Source: Acidobacteriota bacterium
Lineage (GTDB): Bacteria; Acidobacteriota; Thermoanaerobaculia; Multivoradales; JAGPDF01
Direction: 5' to 3'
Length of the DNA stretch: 64,000 nucleotides
Assembly: GCA_039933785.1 (NCBI GenBank)
Contig: JBDTNL010000001.1
Span: 69,397 to 133,396 of the forward strand
Shown: piece by piece, positions 1 through 8,908 of the stretch
How the letters are laid out: every line of letters starts with the position of its first letter
How positions within the stretch are numbered: position 1 is the stretch's first letter
Translations under genes and position numbers: made by a program
Notes under the pieces: generated by a model
The model's input: only the letters and a program-made list of their open reading frames with translations
Told to the model about the DNA's origin: nothing
Database searches by the model: none

Positions 1-1794
1 GCGGGTACGGGCCTCGTCGAGCCGGCCCCGCTCGATGAGCACGCGAGCGAGGAGGATGAGCGCCGGGATGCGCGGGCGCGCCGCGTTCCCCAGCGCCGCC
101 GTCGCTTCGCGTTCTCCGCCGGCCCAGTCGTTCTTGCGGATCGCCACACCGGCGAGCAGCAGGTGGGCCTCGTCGGGCGCGGCCGCGAGGGCCAACTTGG
201 CGTTCTCCGCGGCTTCGTCGAGGTGGCCTTCTTCGAGGGCGATCTTGCCCATTTCGACCGCGATCGTGTCCAGCATCTCCGGTGAGCGCCGGACGACTTC
301 GCGATACTCTTCGCGGGCCTCGTCGGCGCGGCCCAGGCGGCGCAGCAGAGAACCGAGCTGGATGCGCGCGTCGACCATGTTGGGCTGCTTGGCGAGCACC
401 GCCCGACAGGCCGCCTCAGCCTCGGCGAGGTGACTTTCCTGCGCCAGGCGGAGGGCAGTCTGCATGTCCGCCAGCACCTGGATGCTGCGCTTGGGGTCCG
501 CCAGGGGGCCGCTGGGCGTCGTGGCGACGCCGGAGAGGTATCCGAGGGAGGCCAGATTCTTCCGCTCTTCAGGCGTGGCGGCGGCCGTCCCGTGTTCGAG
601 ATTGAGCGGAATCGTCTCGAGCTCGGCGCGCAACTCGCCGAACGTGCGCCGATCGCCGTCGCGCAGGTTGGTGCTCTCAGCGGGATCTTTGGCCAGATCG
701 TAGAGCTCCGGATCGGGTCCGCCGATGAAATGGAAGCCGCCGTCGATCAGCGAGCGCAACTCGCTCCACCCGAGTTGCAGGCGAGGGTACAGGGTCTCGC
801 TGTAGATGCGGCGTCCGGCCGGTGCTTGGCCGAAGAGTGAGACGCCGGAAAGTCCTGCCGGTCGCTCGGCGCCCACCAGCTCGAGGATGGTGGGAGCAAT
901 GTCGAAGAGCCCGACCGGCCGATCGACCCGCTGTCCGGAGTTGCTCTCTTTCGGGAGCTTCACGATCAGCGGGACGTGGAGGGTCTCTCGGTACAGGAGC
1001 ACGCCGTGCTCGGCCTCGCCGTGATCTCCCAGGCCCTCGCCGTGGTCCGCGGTCAACACGAACAGGCTGCGGTCATAGAGGCCGCGCGTCTTGAGCTCGT
1101 TCACCAGACGCCCGACGATCGCGTCGGCGGCCGCGATCTCGGCGTCGTACGGCGAATAGCGCGAGCGGTACGGCTCGGGGGCTTCATACGGTGTGTGCGG
1201 CTCGTATAGATGCAGCCAGAGAAAGAATAGTTGCTTGTCCGCTCCGTTCAGCCAGGTGAGAACGGCGTCGAGACTCTCGCCGCCGGGGCGCTGCAAGGCG
1301 TTCAAGGCGGCACCTTCGCGCACCTCGAGAGAGTCGTCGTAGTGATCGAAGTCGGCGGCAATCCCGGTCTCCCGACGCAGCACGTAGGCCGATACCGCCG
1401 CGCCACTGGTGTAGCCCTGCCGCTTGAGGAGGGCGGGCAGCGTCGCATGGCGGGTGGTGTCGAGGCGGAATCCGGTGTTGCTGCGCACACCGTCTTCGTA
1501 GGGCAGCAGCCCGGTGAGCAGGCTGGCGTGAGACGGCAAGGTGAGCGGTACCTGCGCGTAGGCATTGCTGAACAGCACGCCGTCGTGTCCCAGCGCGTCG
1601 ATCGCCGGTGTTTGGACCTTGCTGTAGCCCCAGAGCGGCAGATGGTCGGCGCGCAGGGTGTCGATGGTCACCAGCACGACCGGTGCTCCGAGCGACGGCT
1701 GCACCGAATTCCCCTGGTGGCAGCCGAAGGCGAGGAGGGCCGCGACGAGCGGGGCGCGGCGCCACCGCGGGTTCGTTCTCTCGCGTCTGGTCAT
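1..1794 (-). CDS. Sulfatase-family (alkaline-phosphatase superfamily) domain protein with C-terminal TPR-like repeats; N-terminal part only, gene continues past the window start (absent from the ORF track because no in-window stop)
   Basis: Manual minus-strand translation from ATG at 1794 gives MTRRERTNPRWRRAPLVAALLAFGCHQGNSVQPSLGAPVVLVTIDTLRADHLPLWGYSKVQTPAIDALGHDGVLFSNAYAQVPLTLPSHASLLTG...FVLTADHGEGLGDHGEAEHGVLLYRETLHVPLIVKLP, the sulfatase core. Ala/Leu-rich TPR-like helices follow. ATGA start/stop overlap with the upstream paralog at 1791-1794. Confidence 0.6.
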   Translation of the reverse strand, partial: MTRRERTNPRWRRAPLVAALLAFGCHQGNSVQPSLGAPVVLVTIDTLRADHLPLWGYSKVQTPAIDALGHDGVLFSNAYAQVPLTLPSHASLLTGLLPYEDGVRSNTGFRLDTTRHATLPALLKRQGYTSGAAVSAYVLRRETGIAADFDHYDDSLEVREGAALNALQRPGGESLDAVLTWLNGADKQLFFLWLHLYEPHTPYEAPEPYRSRYSPYDAEIAAADAIVGRLVNELKTRGLYDRSLFVLTADHGEGLGDHGEAEHGVLLYRETLHVPLIVKLPKESNSGQRVDRPVGLFDIAPTILELVGAERPAGLSGVSLFGQAPAGRRIYSETLYPRLQLGWSELRSLIDGGFHFIGGPDPELYDLAKDPAESTNLRDGDRRTFGELRAELETIPLNLEHGTAAATPEERKNLASLGYLSGVATTPSGPLADPKRSIQVLADMQTALRLAQESHLAEAEAACRAVLAKQPNMVDARIQLGSLLRRLGRADEAREEYREVVRRSPEMLDTIAVEMGKIALEEGHLDEAAENAKLALAAAPDEAHLLLAGVAIRKNDWAGGEREATAALGNAARPRIPALILLARVLIERGRLDEARTR

Positions 1795-4076
1795 TGTCCA
1801 GAGCCTAGTCGAGCGAGGGCTGCGCTGGCTGTTCGACGCTCGGATTCATTGCCCGCGCGCGGCGCCACCAGGTCGAGATACCGCGTGAGCGCGCTCCTGG
1901 CGAGAGGACGATCCCCCGCCTTGGCGGCGGTCAAGCCGAGGTTGTACCACGCGTCGAGCAGAGTCGGATCGGCCTTGACCGCCTGCTGCCATGCCGCGGT
2001 CGCCGCGGTCGTCTCATGTTGTCGGAAGCGCACGATGCCGAGGGAGTTCCAGGCCGAGGCGAGATCAGGGCTCGAGCGCACGGCTTCCTCGAAGGCGGTG
2101 CGGGCGCGATCGAGGCGATCGAGGCGGAGCAGGGCAAGGCCGAGGCTCTCGAAAAACTCCGCCGGCGGTTGGGCTTCGCGATGCGCGCGATCGAGGAGCG
2201 CCAGAGCCTCGTCGTTGGCGCCGCGATCGGCCAACGCCAGGCTCAGCAGGACGAGGGAGGCCGTTTCACCCGACTCGCGCACCGGCTCGAGGACGGTCAC
2301 GGCCCGTGCGGGATCGCCCGCCGAGAGCGCGGCGAGGGCCACGCGCCGTCGCGTGGTTTCGCTGGCGCTGCCGTTGGCGAGGCTCTGCGCGATGCGTCGG
2401 TCGGCTTCGGCGGTCTTGCCTTCGGCGAGGTCGACCTCGATGAGCAGGTTCTCGGCGCCATTCGGATCCCCGGCCCGGGCGGTCTCCGCGAGCTGTCGCG
2501 CCTCCTCGGGGTGGCCCAGCGCCAGGTGGCGTTCGCCGACCTGGAGAGTGACCACGGGATCGCCCGCCGAGAGTGCCAGAGTCCGGTCCCAGGCGGCCAG
2601 CGCCTCGACGGAGCGCCCCTGACGATCGAGCGCGCGGGCGAGGAACATCCATACGTCGCGGATCGAATCGCGGCGCTGGATCGCGCGCTGGAACTGGTCG
2701 ATGGCGAGGGCATCCTGGTGTTCGAAGAAGGCGTCGAACCCAGCCTGGATCTCCGCCAACAAGTCGCGCTGCGATCGAGGATCGGGCAGCGCGCCGGACC
2801 GCGGCCCGCCCGGACCCGCGAGGTAACCGAGCGCCGCGAGGTGCGCGGCGGCTTCCGGATCCACGCCGCTGGGCGAAGCCAGGGGTCGGTTGCTGGCGGC
2901 GGCGACGCCGCGCAGGCGGACATACTCCCGGCGCTCGGACTCCAGCCGATTGTCGGCCTGAGCCGCGTCCTTCGCCAGGTCGAACAACTCGGGTTGCGGC
3001 CCATCGATCAGATACCACCGGCTCTCGATCGCTGCCTGCAAGTCGCTGAGGCCGAAGTGCAGACGCGGATAGTAGGTCTCCGCGTACAGGGTCCGGGGAG
3101 TCCCTTCGCCGGTCATCGTGGTCAACAGGCTGCGGCCGTCGAACGACGAGGAAGTTTGCGCTCCGGCGAGAGCGACCAACGTCGGCGCGACATCGACCAG
3201 TCCGACGGGAGTCGTCACGCGCCTGCCGGCGTCTTCCTGCCGGGGAAGCTTGAGCAGCAGCGGCACGTGCAGCGTCGAGCGATATAGAAACACACCGTGG
3301 CGCTTCTCACCGTGATCGCCCAGGCCCTCGCCGTGGTCGGCCACCAGGGCGATGGCGGCTTGATCGTAGAGCCCGTGGGCTCGCAGTGCCTGCAGCAACT
3401 CGCCCACCGCCGCGTCCGCGGTGGCGATCTCGCCGTCGTAGGGATCCGGGTAGCGCGACTTGAACGGCTCCGGCGGTGTGTAGGGCGCGTGCGGTTCGTA
3501 AAAATGCACGAAGGCGAAGAACGGCCCCTCCGCTTGCGTCGCGAGCCAGGCGGCCGCGGCCGCAACCGTCTCCTGGCCTGGCCGTTCAGCGCTGTCGATC
3601 GGTGCTCCCGGGATGATTCGGGTCGGTGAGTCGTAGGCGCTGAAGGCGGCGCCGAGTCCGGTTTCTGGTCGCAGCACATAGGACGAGACGAAGGCGCCGC
3701 TGGAGTAGCCGCGCTCGGCGAGCAGTTGCGGCAGAAACGGGTGCTGCTTGGCATCGAACGTATAGCCAATATTGTCGCGTACGCCGTGGTTCGGCGGCAG
3801 CAGACCCGAGAGCAGGGTGGTGTGCGAGGGCAGGGTCAATGGATAGTGCGAATAGGCGTTCTCGAACAGTACCGAGTCTCGCGCCAGGGCGTCGATCGCG
3901 GGGGTCTGGACCGAACGCGAGCCCCAGGCCGGGAGCCGGTCGGCGCGCAAGGTATCGATGGAGATGAGGATCAGCGGCGGCGGTGTGGAGCGGTGACAGC
4001 CGAACGCGAGGCCGGCAGCCGCCAAGACCACGATCGTGTGCGCGGCGCGAAACCACTCCGCTGCTCGTCGCGCCAT
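1791..4076 (-). CDS. Sulfatase-family domain + C-terminal TPR-repeat protein (761 aa), paralog of the truncated gene at 1..1794
   Basis: N-terminus MARRAAEWF..VVLAAAGLAFGCHRSTPPPLILISIDTLRADRLPAWGSRSVQTPAIDALARDSVLFENAYSHYPLTLPSHTTLLSG...ALVADHGEGLGDHGEKRHGVFLYRSTLHVPLLLKLP. C-terminal ~350 aa is TPR-like (repeated A..A...G..EEA motifs). Signal/lipobox-like LAFGC. Confidence 0.7.
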   Translation of the reverse strand: MARRAAEWFRAAHTIVVLAAAGLAFGCHRSTPPPLILISIDTLRADRLPAWGSRSVQTPAIDALARDSVLFENAYSHYPLTLPSHTTLLSGLLPPNHGVRDNIGYTFDAKQHPFLPQLLAERGYSSGAFVSSYVLRPETGLGAAFSAYDSPTRIIPGAPIDSAERPGQETVAAAAAWLATQAEGPFFAFVHFYEPHAPYTPPEPFKSRYPDPYDGEIATADAAVGELLQALRAHGLYDQAAIALVADHGEGLGDHGEKRHGVFLYRSTLHVPLLLKLPRQEDAGRRVTTPVGLVDVAPTLVALAGAQTSSSFDGRSLLTTMTGEGTPRTLYAETYYPRLHFGLSDLQAAIESRWYLIDGPQPELFDLAKDAAQADNRLESERREYVRLRGVAAASNRPLASPSGVDPEAAAHLAALGYLAGPGGPRSGALPDPRSQRDLLAEIQAGFDAFFEHQDALAIDQFQRAIQRRDSIRDVWMFLARALDRQGRSVEALAAWDRTLALSAGDPVVTLQVGERHLALGHPEEARQLAETARAGDPNGAENLLIEVDLAEGKTAEADRRIAQSLANGSASETTRRRVALAALSAGDPARAVTVLEPVRESGETASLVLLSLALADRGANDEALALLDRAHREAQPPAEFFESLGLALLRLDRLDRARTAFEEAVRSSPDLASAWNSLGIVRFRQHETTAATAAWQQAVKADPTLLDAWYNLGLTAAKAGDRPLARSALTRYLDLVAPRAGNESERRTASAALARLGSGQ

Positions 4077-4175
4077 GCAATCAATTTTAGCGCAGGAGCT
4101 GCGAGCAGCGCAGTGTAAAAAGAAAGGGGGCGGAAGTTCCGCCCCCGAAGAGAAGACTACGAAAAATTGCGCTTC

Positions 4176-7073
4176 TTAGAAGTGAACGCCCAGCGCCAGC
4201 AAGTACTCGCGGGGCACCAAGTAGTTGTTGTTGCTGGTTCCCTTGCCGAACGTCGAGGTCTTGGTGAAGGTCGTCGGCAGACCGAAAGCATCCTTCGGGT
4301 CGTTCGCACCGTTGTTGGCGCGGATACCGGTGTTGAAAGTCACCAGTTTGTCCTCGTTGGTCACGTTGGCGATGGTCAGCTTGACCCACGGCTCGAGGGT
4401 CTTGAACACGGGCACCTGGTACGTGATCGCGAGATCGCCGTACAGGGTGTCGTTGTAGCTGCCGACACCGCGCGCACCGAAGAACTCGGTGAAGTTGGGC
4501 GTCTGCTTGTAGCCGGGGTTGAGCTGTTTCTGCGTCGGCGAGGCCGCGGCGGTCACGGTGTAGCTGAACGTGGTCGCCGAGTCGTAGTACACCACGGCGC
4601 CGATACCGATCGAGCCGAAGGCGTGCATGTCGATGTTGTAGTTGGTCCACAACCGGCCCTTGTGCTTCTGGTAGTTGGCCAGGTGGCCGTTAGGCTGGAC
4701 GCGGTTGAGCGGATAGATCTCAGGACGGTTGCCGAAGGCCGAGGTGCCGATCGACTGGCCGCCTTCACCTTCGTATGTGCCGTCGTTCTTGATCTGGTAC
4801 GTCCAGTTCGCGGCCACCATCCAGTTGGGCGTGAACTGCTCCTGGGCCTGGATCTGCAGACCCTGGTACTTGCGGGTCGGCACATCGGTGTTCTTGTACA
4901 CGATCTTGTCGAAGCAGCCGGCATCCACACCGCCGACGACCACCTCGGCGCATCCGGTGTCGAGGGTGACGAAGTCGTCGATGAAGTTCTTGGTGTCGCG
5001 ATCGACGAAGGTCAGCTTGCCGGCGCCGTTGTGCGGCAGGCGGAAGCCGAACGACGCGGAAATCTCGTTTGCGGTCGGCGACTTCAGGCCGCTGTTGAAG
5101 AAGATGTTCTGCGTCGGGGCCGCGACGCGGTACGTCACATAGTTGGCCGGATCGAGGCCGGGGGCGAAACCGATGCCCTCGCCTTCGGGTCCGACGTAGT
5201 ACCCGTAGATGCCGAGCGGGTTGCCGACCGGCGTGTTACGGCCGAAGATGGTCGGGTTGTAGCGGCCCGAGTACTGAGCGTAGGTGACGTCGAACTTGTA
5301 CGCACCGTTGCGCCACGGATCCCAGGAAACGCCGAGCCGGGGAACCAGGGTGTCCGTGTTGACGGTGTTGATGCCGCCGGACGCCTTCGAACGCACCTTC
5401 TCGTAGCGCGCGCCGAGGTTGAACGTCCAGTTGTCGAGGCGCCAGTGATCGTTGAAGTACAGCGCATCGGTGGTGATGTCGAGCTGCGCGCCTCGTGTCG
5501 GCAGGTAGGTGTTGATCAGCGAGGTACCGTCGCCCTGGTTGACCCAGAGGGGGATGAATCGACCATTGGCGTCGAGAACCGGGTTGCCGGCCGCATCCAC
5601 CTTGTAGTCGGTGTTGTAGACCTCGTTGGTCGAGCTCTGGCTGTTGCCACCCGTACGGGTGATCGTGGTGCGGTCGACGCCGAGCTTCATGTCGTGGCTG
5701 CCCGCGCTGGCGCTGGACAGGAAGTACGACAGCGAACCTGCGTACTCTTTGTTGTTGCGGCTCTCGGGGTCCGTGGCGTCGAAGTACGGCGCGTTGTAGA
5801 CACCGCCCTGGCCGGTAACGAAACCGGACGAGTAGAACGGCGAGTCTGCGAGAGTCTTGCCCGTGCCACCGAGGCCCGCGAACTCGAACTTCTTTTCCGA
5901 GTAGCGCAGTTCGGCGACCAGGTCGTTGCTCAGTACGCCGGTGTAGAAGGTCGACAGGCCGTCGTTCGGACGCTTGTCGTTGGCGTAGATCGAGCGGATG
6001 TCGACCGGTGTGAGCTGGGTAGAGTTCTGCAGCGTGCGGTCGTTCTTGATGTACGACACCTGCAACGAATGGTTGTCGGTGATGTTGCCCGTTAGCTTGA
6101 TTTCGTAGCGTGGGTTCTTGTCTGAGGTGACGAAAGGAACCCCGGAAACCGACAACGTGCGGTTGGTGTCCTGCTTGAACTCACGGCCGGCGGCGAAGAA
6201 CCAGAGGCGGTCGGTGATGATGCGGCCGCCGAGGGTGGCTTCGTAGTTCTTGTTGATGTCGCCGTCGCGGGTGATGCCCTTGCTCTTCTCGAAGGGCGTC
6301 TCGTCGCGCCAATTGGGCTTGTCGAGGTTGGCGCGCGCGCTACCCTTGAACTGGTTGCCGCCGCTCTTGGTGATGGTGTTGATCACGCCACCGGTAAAGC
6401 CGCCGAATTCGGCCGAAATACCCGAGGTCATGACCTGGGTCTCGGCGATGGCGTCCTCGATGTAGAGCGCGTTCGAGTTGCCGAAGATCGGGTCCATCAC
6501 ATTCACGCCGTTGATCAGCTGCGCGGTGTCATAGGCGAGCGCGCCGTTGATCGTCACCTGACCCGCCACCGGGGTGTTGTTGGTCAGCCCGGGGGAGAGG
6601 TCCGCGAGGGTCGCGGGAGCACGACCGATGGGCAGCGCGTTGAACGTGTCGGCCTGGAGGTTCAAGCCGCTGGTGGTGGTCTCCAGGATCGACGGGGCCT
6701 CGCCGGTCACAGAGATCGTCTCGGTGGTCGTCGCGACTTCCATCTTGGCGTCGGAACGAGCCGTGCCGCCGAGCTCGAGCGTCGCGGTGCGCTCGACGGT
6801 GGCCATGCCTTCCATCGAGAAGTTGACCGTGTAAGCGCCGGGCGTCAGGTTCTTGAGTAGATAGTCGCCGTTGGCGCCGCTGGTGGTCGTGCGGGAACCA
6901 AGCAGAGCGGGAGACGTCACTTTGACCGTGACGCCCGGCAGGGGCGAGCCATCGGAGCCCGTGATCGTTCCGGTTAGGTTGCCGGCCGTCGTACCCTGTG
7001 CGTACACCGTGGCGGCAAACGGGAGGATGAGCAGCGCGACGAGGACTGCAATTAGCGTGGTTCTGGTCTTCAT
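4176..7073 (-). CDS. TonB-dependent-receptor-like outer-membrane protein with N-terminal carboxypeptidase-regulatory-like (CarboxypepD_reg) domain, Acidobacteria type (965 aa)
   Basis: Signal peptide MKTRTTLIAVLVALLILPFAATVYAQG. Motif TGSDGSPLPGVTVKVTS...GANGDYLLKNLTPGAYTV is typical of CarboxypepD_reg. Long beta-rich body ends in aromatic ...LALGVHF. RBS GAGAGG sits 5 nt before ATG 7073. The track's upstream extension to 7229 (MNCGLKV...) lacks coding character. Confidence 0.7.
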   Translation of the reverse strand: MKTRTTLIAVLVALLILPFAATVYAQGTTAGNLTGTITGSDGSPLPGVTVKVTSPALLGSRTTTSGANGDYLLKNLTPGAYTVNFSMEGMATVERTATLELGGTARSDAKMEVATTTETISVTGEAPSILETTTSGLNLQADTFNALPIGRAPATLADLSPGLTNNTPVAGQVTINGALAYDTAQLINGVNVMDPIFGNSNALYIEDAIAETQVMTSGISAEFGGFTGGVINTITKSGGNQFKGSARANLDKPNWRDETPFEKSKGITRDGDINKNYEATLGGRIITDRLWFFAAGREFKQDTNRTLSVSGVPFVTSDKNPRYEIKLTGNITDNHSLQVSYIKNDRTLQNSTQLTPVDIRSIYANDKRPNDGLSTFYTGVLSNDLVAELRYSEKKFEFAGLGGTGKTLADSPFYSSGFVTGQGGVYNAPYFDATDPESRNNKEYAGSLSYFLSSASAGSHDMKLGVDRTTITRTGGNSQSSTNEVYNTDYKVDAAGNPVLDANGRFIPLWVNQGDGTSLINTYLPTRGAQLDITTDALYFNDHWRLDNWTFNLGARYEKVRSKASGGINTVNTDTLVPRLGVSWDPWRNGAYKFDVTYAQYSGRYNPTIFGRNTPVGNPLGIYGYYVGPEGEGIGFAPGLDPANYVTYRVAAPTQNIFFNSGLKSPTANEISASFGFRLPHNGAGKLTFVDRDTKNFIDDFVTLDTGCAEVVVGGVDAGCFDKIVYKNTDVPTRKYQGLQIQAQEQFTPNWMVAANWTYQIKNDGTYEGEGGQSIGTSAFGNRPEIYPLNRVQPNGHLANYQKHKGRLWTNYNIDMHAFGSIGIGAVVYYDSATTFSYTVTAAASPTQKQLNPGYKQTPNFTEFFGARGVGSYNDTLYGDLAITYQVPVFKTLEPWVKLTIANVTNEDKLVTFNTGIRANNGANDPKDAFGLPTTFTKTSTFGKGTSNNNYLVPREYLLALGVHF

Positions 7074-7229
7074 CAAAACCTCTCTTCTGGGTTCGTTGAA
7101 AGATGCCGTACGGCAAGAGAGTTCGGCATGGAAGGTGGAAAAGGGCTTGGATGGGTCAGTTCGCCAGAGCACCTCCCTGTGAAGGGTTCGTGGTTCGGGA
7201 CAAGTGCAAACCTTCAGACCGCAGTTCAT

Positions 7230-7345
7230 CCCAAGTATAGCAACCCGGATGCCATCTCAAACGTTCGTTTACATGGCATGTTAAATCTAACAAAACAAGC
7301 ATGTTACTAGAGATCTAGTCGGTCTAGAGAAAGCGTTGCCTGGAC
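7230..7345. promoter_or_regulatory. AT-rich (~41% GC versus ~68% window average) putative promoter/operator island upstream of the OMP gene; direct repeat GCATGTTA x2 about 20 bp apart
   Basis: Sequence ...tttacatggcatgttaaatctaacaaaacaagcatgttactagagatctag... is strongly AT-skewed in a GC-rich genome. It lies between divergent genes (OMP on minus, methyltransferase on plus). A ~160-nt leader separates it from ATG 7073. Confidence 0.3.
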
Positions 7346-7429
7346 AAAATCCGGAATCTAGAACCAAAAGGCGACGGATTATTGGATTGCGCAGCGAAGC
7401 AGGGCCAGCGAGACATACAGTACGGCCCT

Positions 7430-8626
7430 ATGGCTGACCAGGACTCGATCCACCCCAGGACCGCGGTCGCGTTCCTGCGGGCCGACCGCTCGAAGCCGGC
7501 GTTGCAGGGGCACCCCTGGTTGTACTCGGGTGCCATCGCCCGATTCGAGGGCGATGGCGAATCCCCCCTAGTTGAGGTTCGGCTGGCCGACGGCCGTTCG
7601 CTCGGGTTGGCGTTCTGGAGCCCGCGCTCGCAGATTCGGGCGCGGTTGCTGCACTCCGGTACCGCCGATCGGGAGTTCTTCGCCGCACGCCTGCGCACGG
7701 CCGCAGTTCTTCGCCGGGCCGTCCTGCCGGCCCTGACTACTGGATACCGCGTGTTGAACGCGGAGGGCGATGGCGTGCCGGGCTGGACCGTGGACCGGTT
7801 CGGGGATGTCCTGGTGAGTCAGATTACGGTGGCCGGCCTCGAGGCTGTTCGCACGGAAGCCTACGCCGCGCTGATCGCCGAGTTCCCCGGCTGCGCGATC
7901 GTCCAGCGCAACGCCCTTCCCGCGCGGCGGGCGGAGGGTCTAGGGCAGGAGGACGAGCGGATCGTCGGCGAGATCCCGGCCGAGGTGGAGTTCGAGGAGT
8001 GCGGTCTCCGTTTCGCCGCCGATCTGGTCGCCGGGCAGAAGACCGGCTTCTACTGCGACCAGCGTGAGAACCGGCGACTGGCCGAGCAGTTTGGGCGCGA
8101 CCGCTCGGTGCTCGACTTGTTCGCGCACACCGGGGGGTTCGGTTTCTACGCATTGCGCGGCGGAGCGCGAGAGGTGGTGCACGTCGAATCCTCGCCGCTG
8201 CTGATCGAGCGCGGTCGGCGATTCGCGCTCTGGAATGGGTACGACGAGAGCCGCAGTCAGTGGGTTCAGGCCGACGTGTTCGCCGATCTTCGCCAGCGCC
8301 AGACGCGGTCGGGACTGATCATCTGCGATCCGCCGCCGTTGGCGCGACGCCGGGGCGACGTGGACGCCGCCGCGCGGGCATACAAGGACCTCAACCGACT
8401 CGCCTTGCGCCTGACCGAGGACGGTGGATTCCTGCTTACCTTCACTTGCAGCGGAGCGATCGACAGCAAGCTCTTTCGCCAGATCCTCTTCGCCGCGGCG
8501 ACCGAGGCCGGAGTGCGAGCGCAGCTCCTGCAGCCGCTCGGAGCGGCGCTCGATCATCCGGTCTCTATGGCGCACCCCGAGGGCGAGTATCTGAAGGGCT
8601 GGCTGATCGCGGTTTCGGGGCGCTAG
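7430..8626 (+). CDS. Class I SAM-dependent 23S rRNA (m5C) methyltransferase, RlmI/YccW-like (PUA + MTase)
   Basis: MADQDSIHPRTAVAFLRADRSKPALQGHPWLYSGAI (PUA-like N-terminus). ...GFYCDQRENRRL...LDLFAHTGGFG...GLIICDPPPLARRRGDVDAAARAYKDLNRLALRLTEDGGFLLTFTCS. ATG at 7430 is in frame with track ORF 7382. Confidence 0.65.
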   Translation: MADQDSIHPRTAVAFLRADRSKPALQGHPWLYSGAIARFEGDGESPLVEVRLADGRSLGLAFWSPRSQIRARLLHSGTADREFFAARLRTAAVLRRAVLPALTTGYRVLNAEGDGVPGWTVDRFGDVLVSQITVAGLEAVRTEAYAALIAEFPGCAIVQRNALPARRAEGLGQEDERIVGEIPAEVEFEECGLRFAADLVAGQKTGFYCDQRENRRLAEQFGRDRSVLDLFAHTGGFGFYALRGGAREVVHVESSPLLIERGRRFALWNGYDESRSQWVQADVFADLRQRQTRSGLIICDPPPLARRRGDVDAAARAYKDLNRLALRLTEDGGFLLTFTCSGAIDSKLFRQILFAAATEAGVRAQLLQPLGAALDHPVSMAHPEGEYLKGWLIAVSGR

Positions 8627-8689
8627 CCCAGCAGACCCCGCGTTGACGCCAACGGTAGCCTTTGTTAGCCTGCGCGGTCGATGGATCGA

Positions 8690-8766
8690 AGGCCCGTAGC
8701 TCAGCTGGTTAGAGCGCTACGTTGACATCGTAGAGGTCAGCGGTTCAAGTCCGCTCGGGCCTACCA
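8690..8766 (+). tRNA. tRNA-Val (anticodon GAC), CCA encoded
   Basis: Cloverleaf read by hand: acceptor aggcccg/cgggcct, D-arm gctc-agctggtta-gagc, anticodon stem ctacg/cgtag with loop ttGACat, T-arm agcgg-ttcaagt-ccgct, discriminator a, then CCA. Confidence 0.8.
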
Positions 8767-8789
8767 GTTCTTGTCAGAGCACTGTATTC

Positions 8790-8866
8790 AGGCGCTTAGC
8801 TCAGTTGGTTAGAGCGCATCCTTCACACGGATGAGGTCAGCGGTTCGAGCCCGCTAGCGCCTACCA
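8790..8866 (+). tRNA. tRNA-Val (anticodon CAC), CCA encoded
   Basis: Acceptor aggcgct/agcgcct, D-arm gctc-agttggtta-gagc, anticodon stem catcc/ggatg with loop ttCACac, T-arm agcgg-ttcgagc-ccgct, then CCA. Confidence 0.75.
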
Positions 8867-8908
8867 CTCGCCAACTGTCCAACTCCCGACTCTTCGCACG
8901 GACCCGAC

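Noticed and set aside
1231-3287. Plus-strand ORFs 1231..2622 and 2016..3287 (463 and 423 aa)
   Set aside because: Overlap the two sulfatase-TPR genes on the opposite strand. Products are poly-Arg/Ala/Gly. Typical high-GC shadow frames.
4167-6095. 642-aa plus-strand ORF
   Set aside because: Antisense shadow of the well-supported minus-strand OMP gene. Product is Arg/Val/Gly-rich low-complexity with no motifs.
7074-7229. 52-codon N-terminal extension (MNCGLKVCTC…) of the OMP ORF in the track
   Set aside because: No coding character, Cys-rich nonsense. A good RBS and signal peptide begin at the internal ATG 7073.
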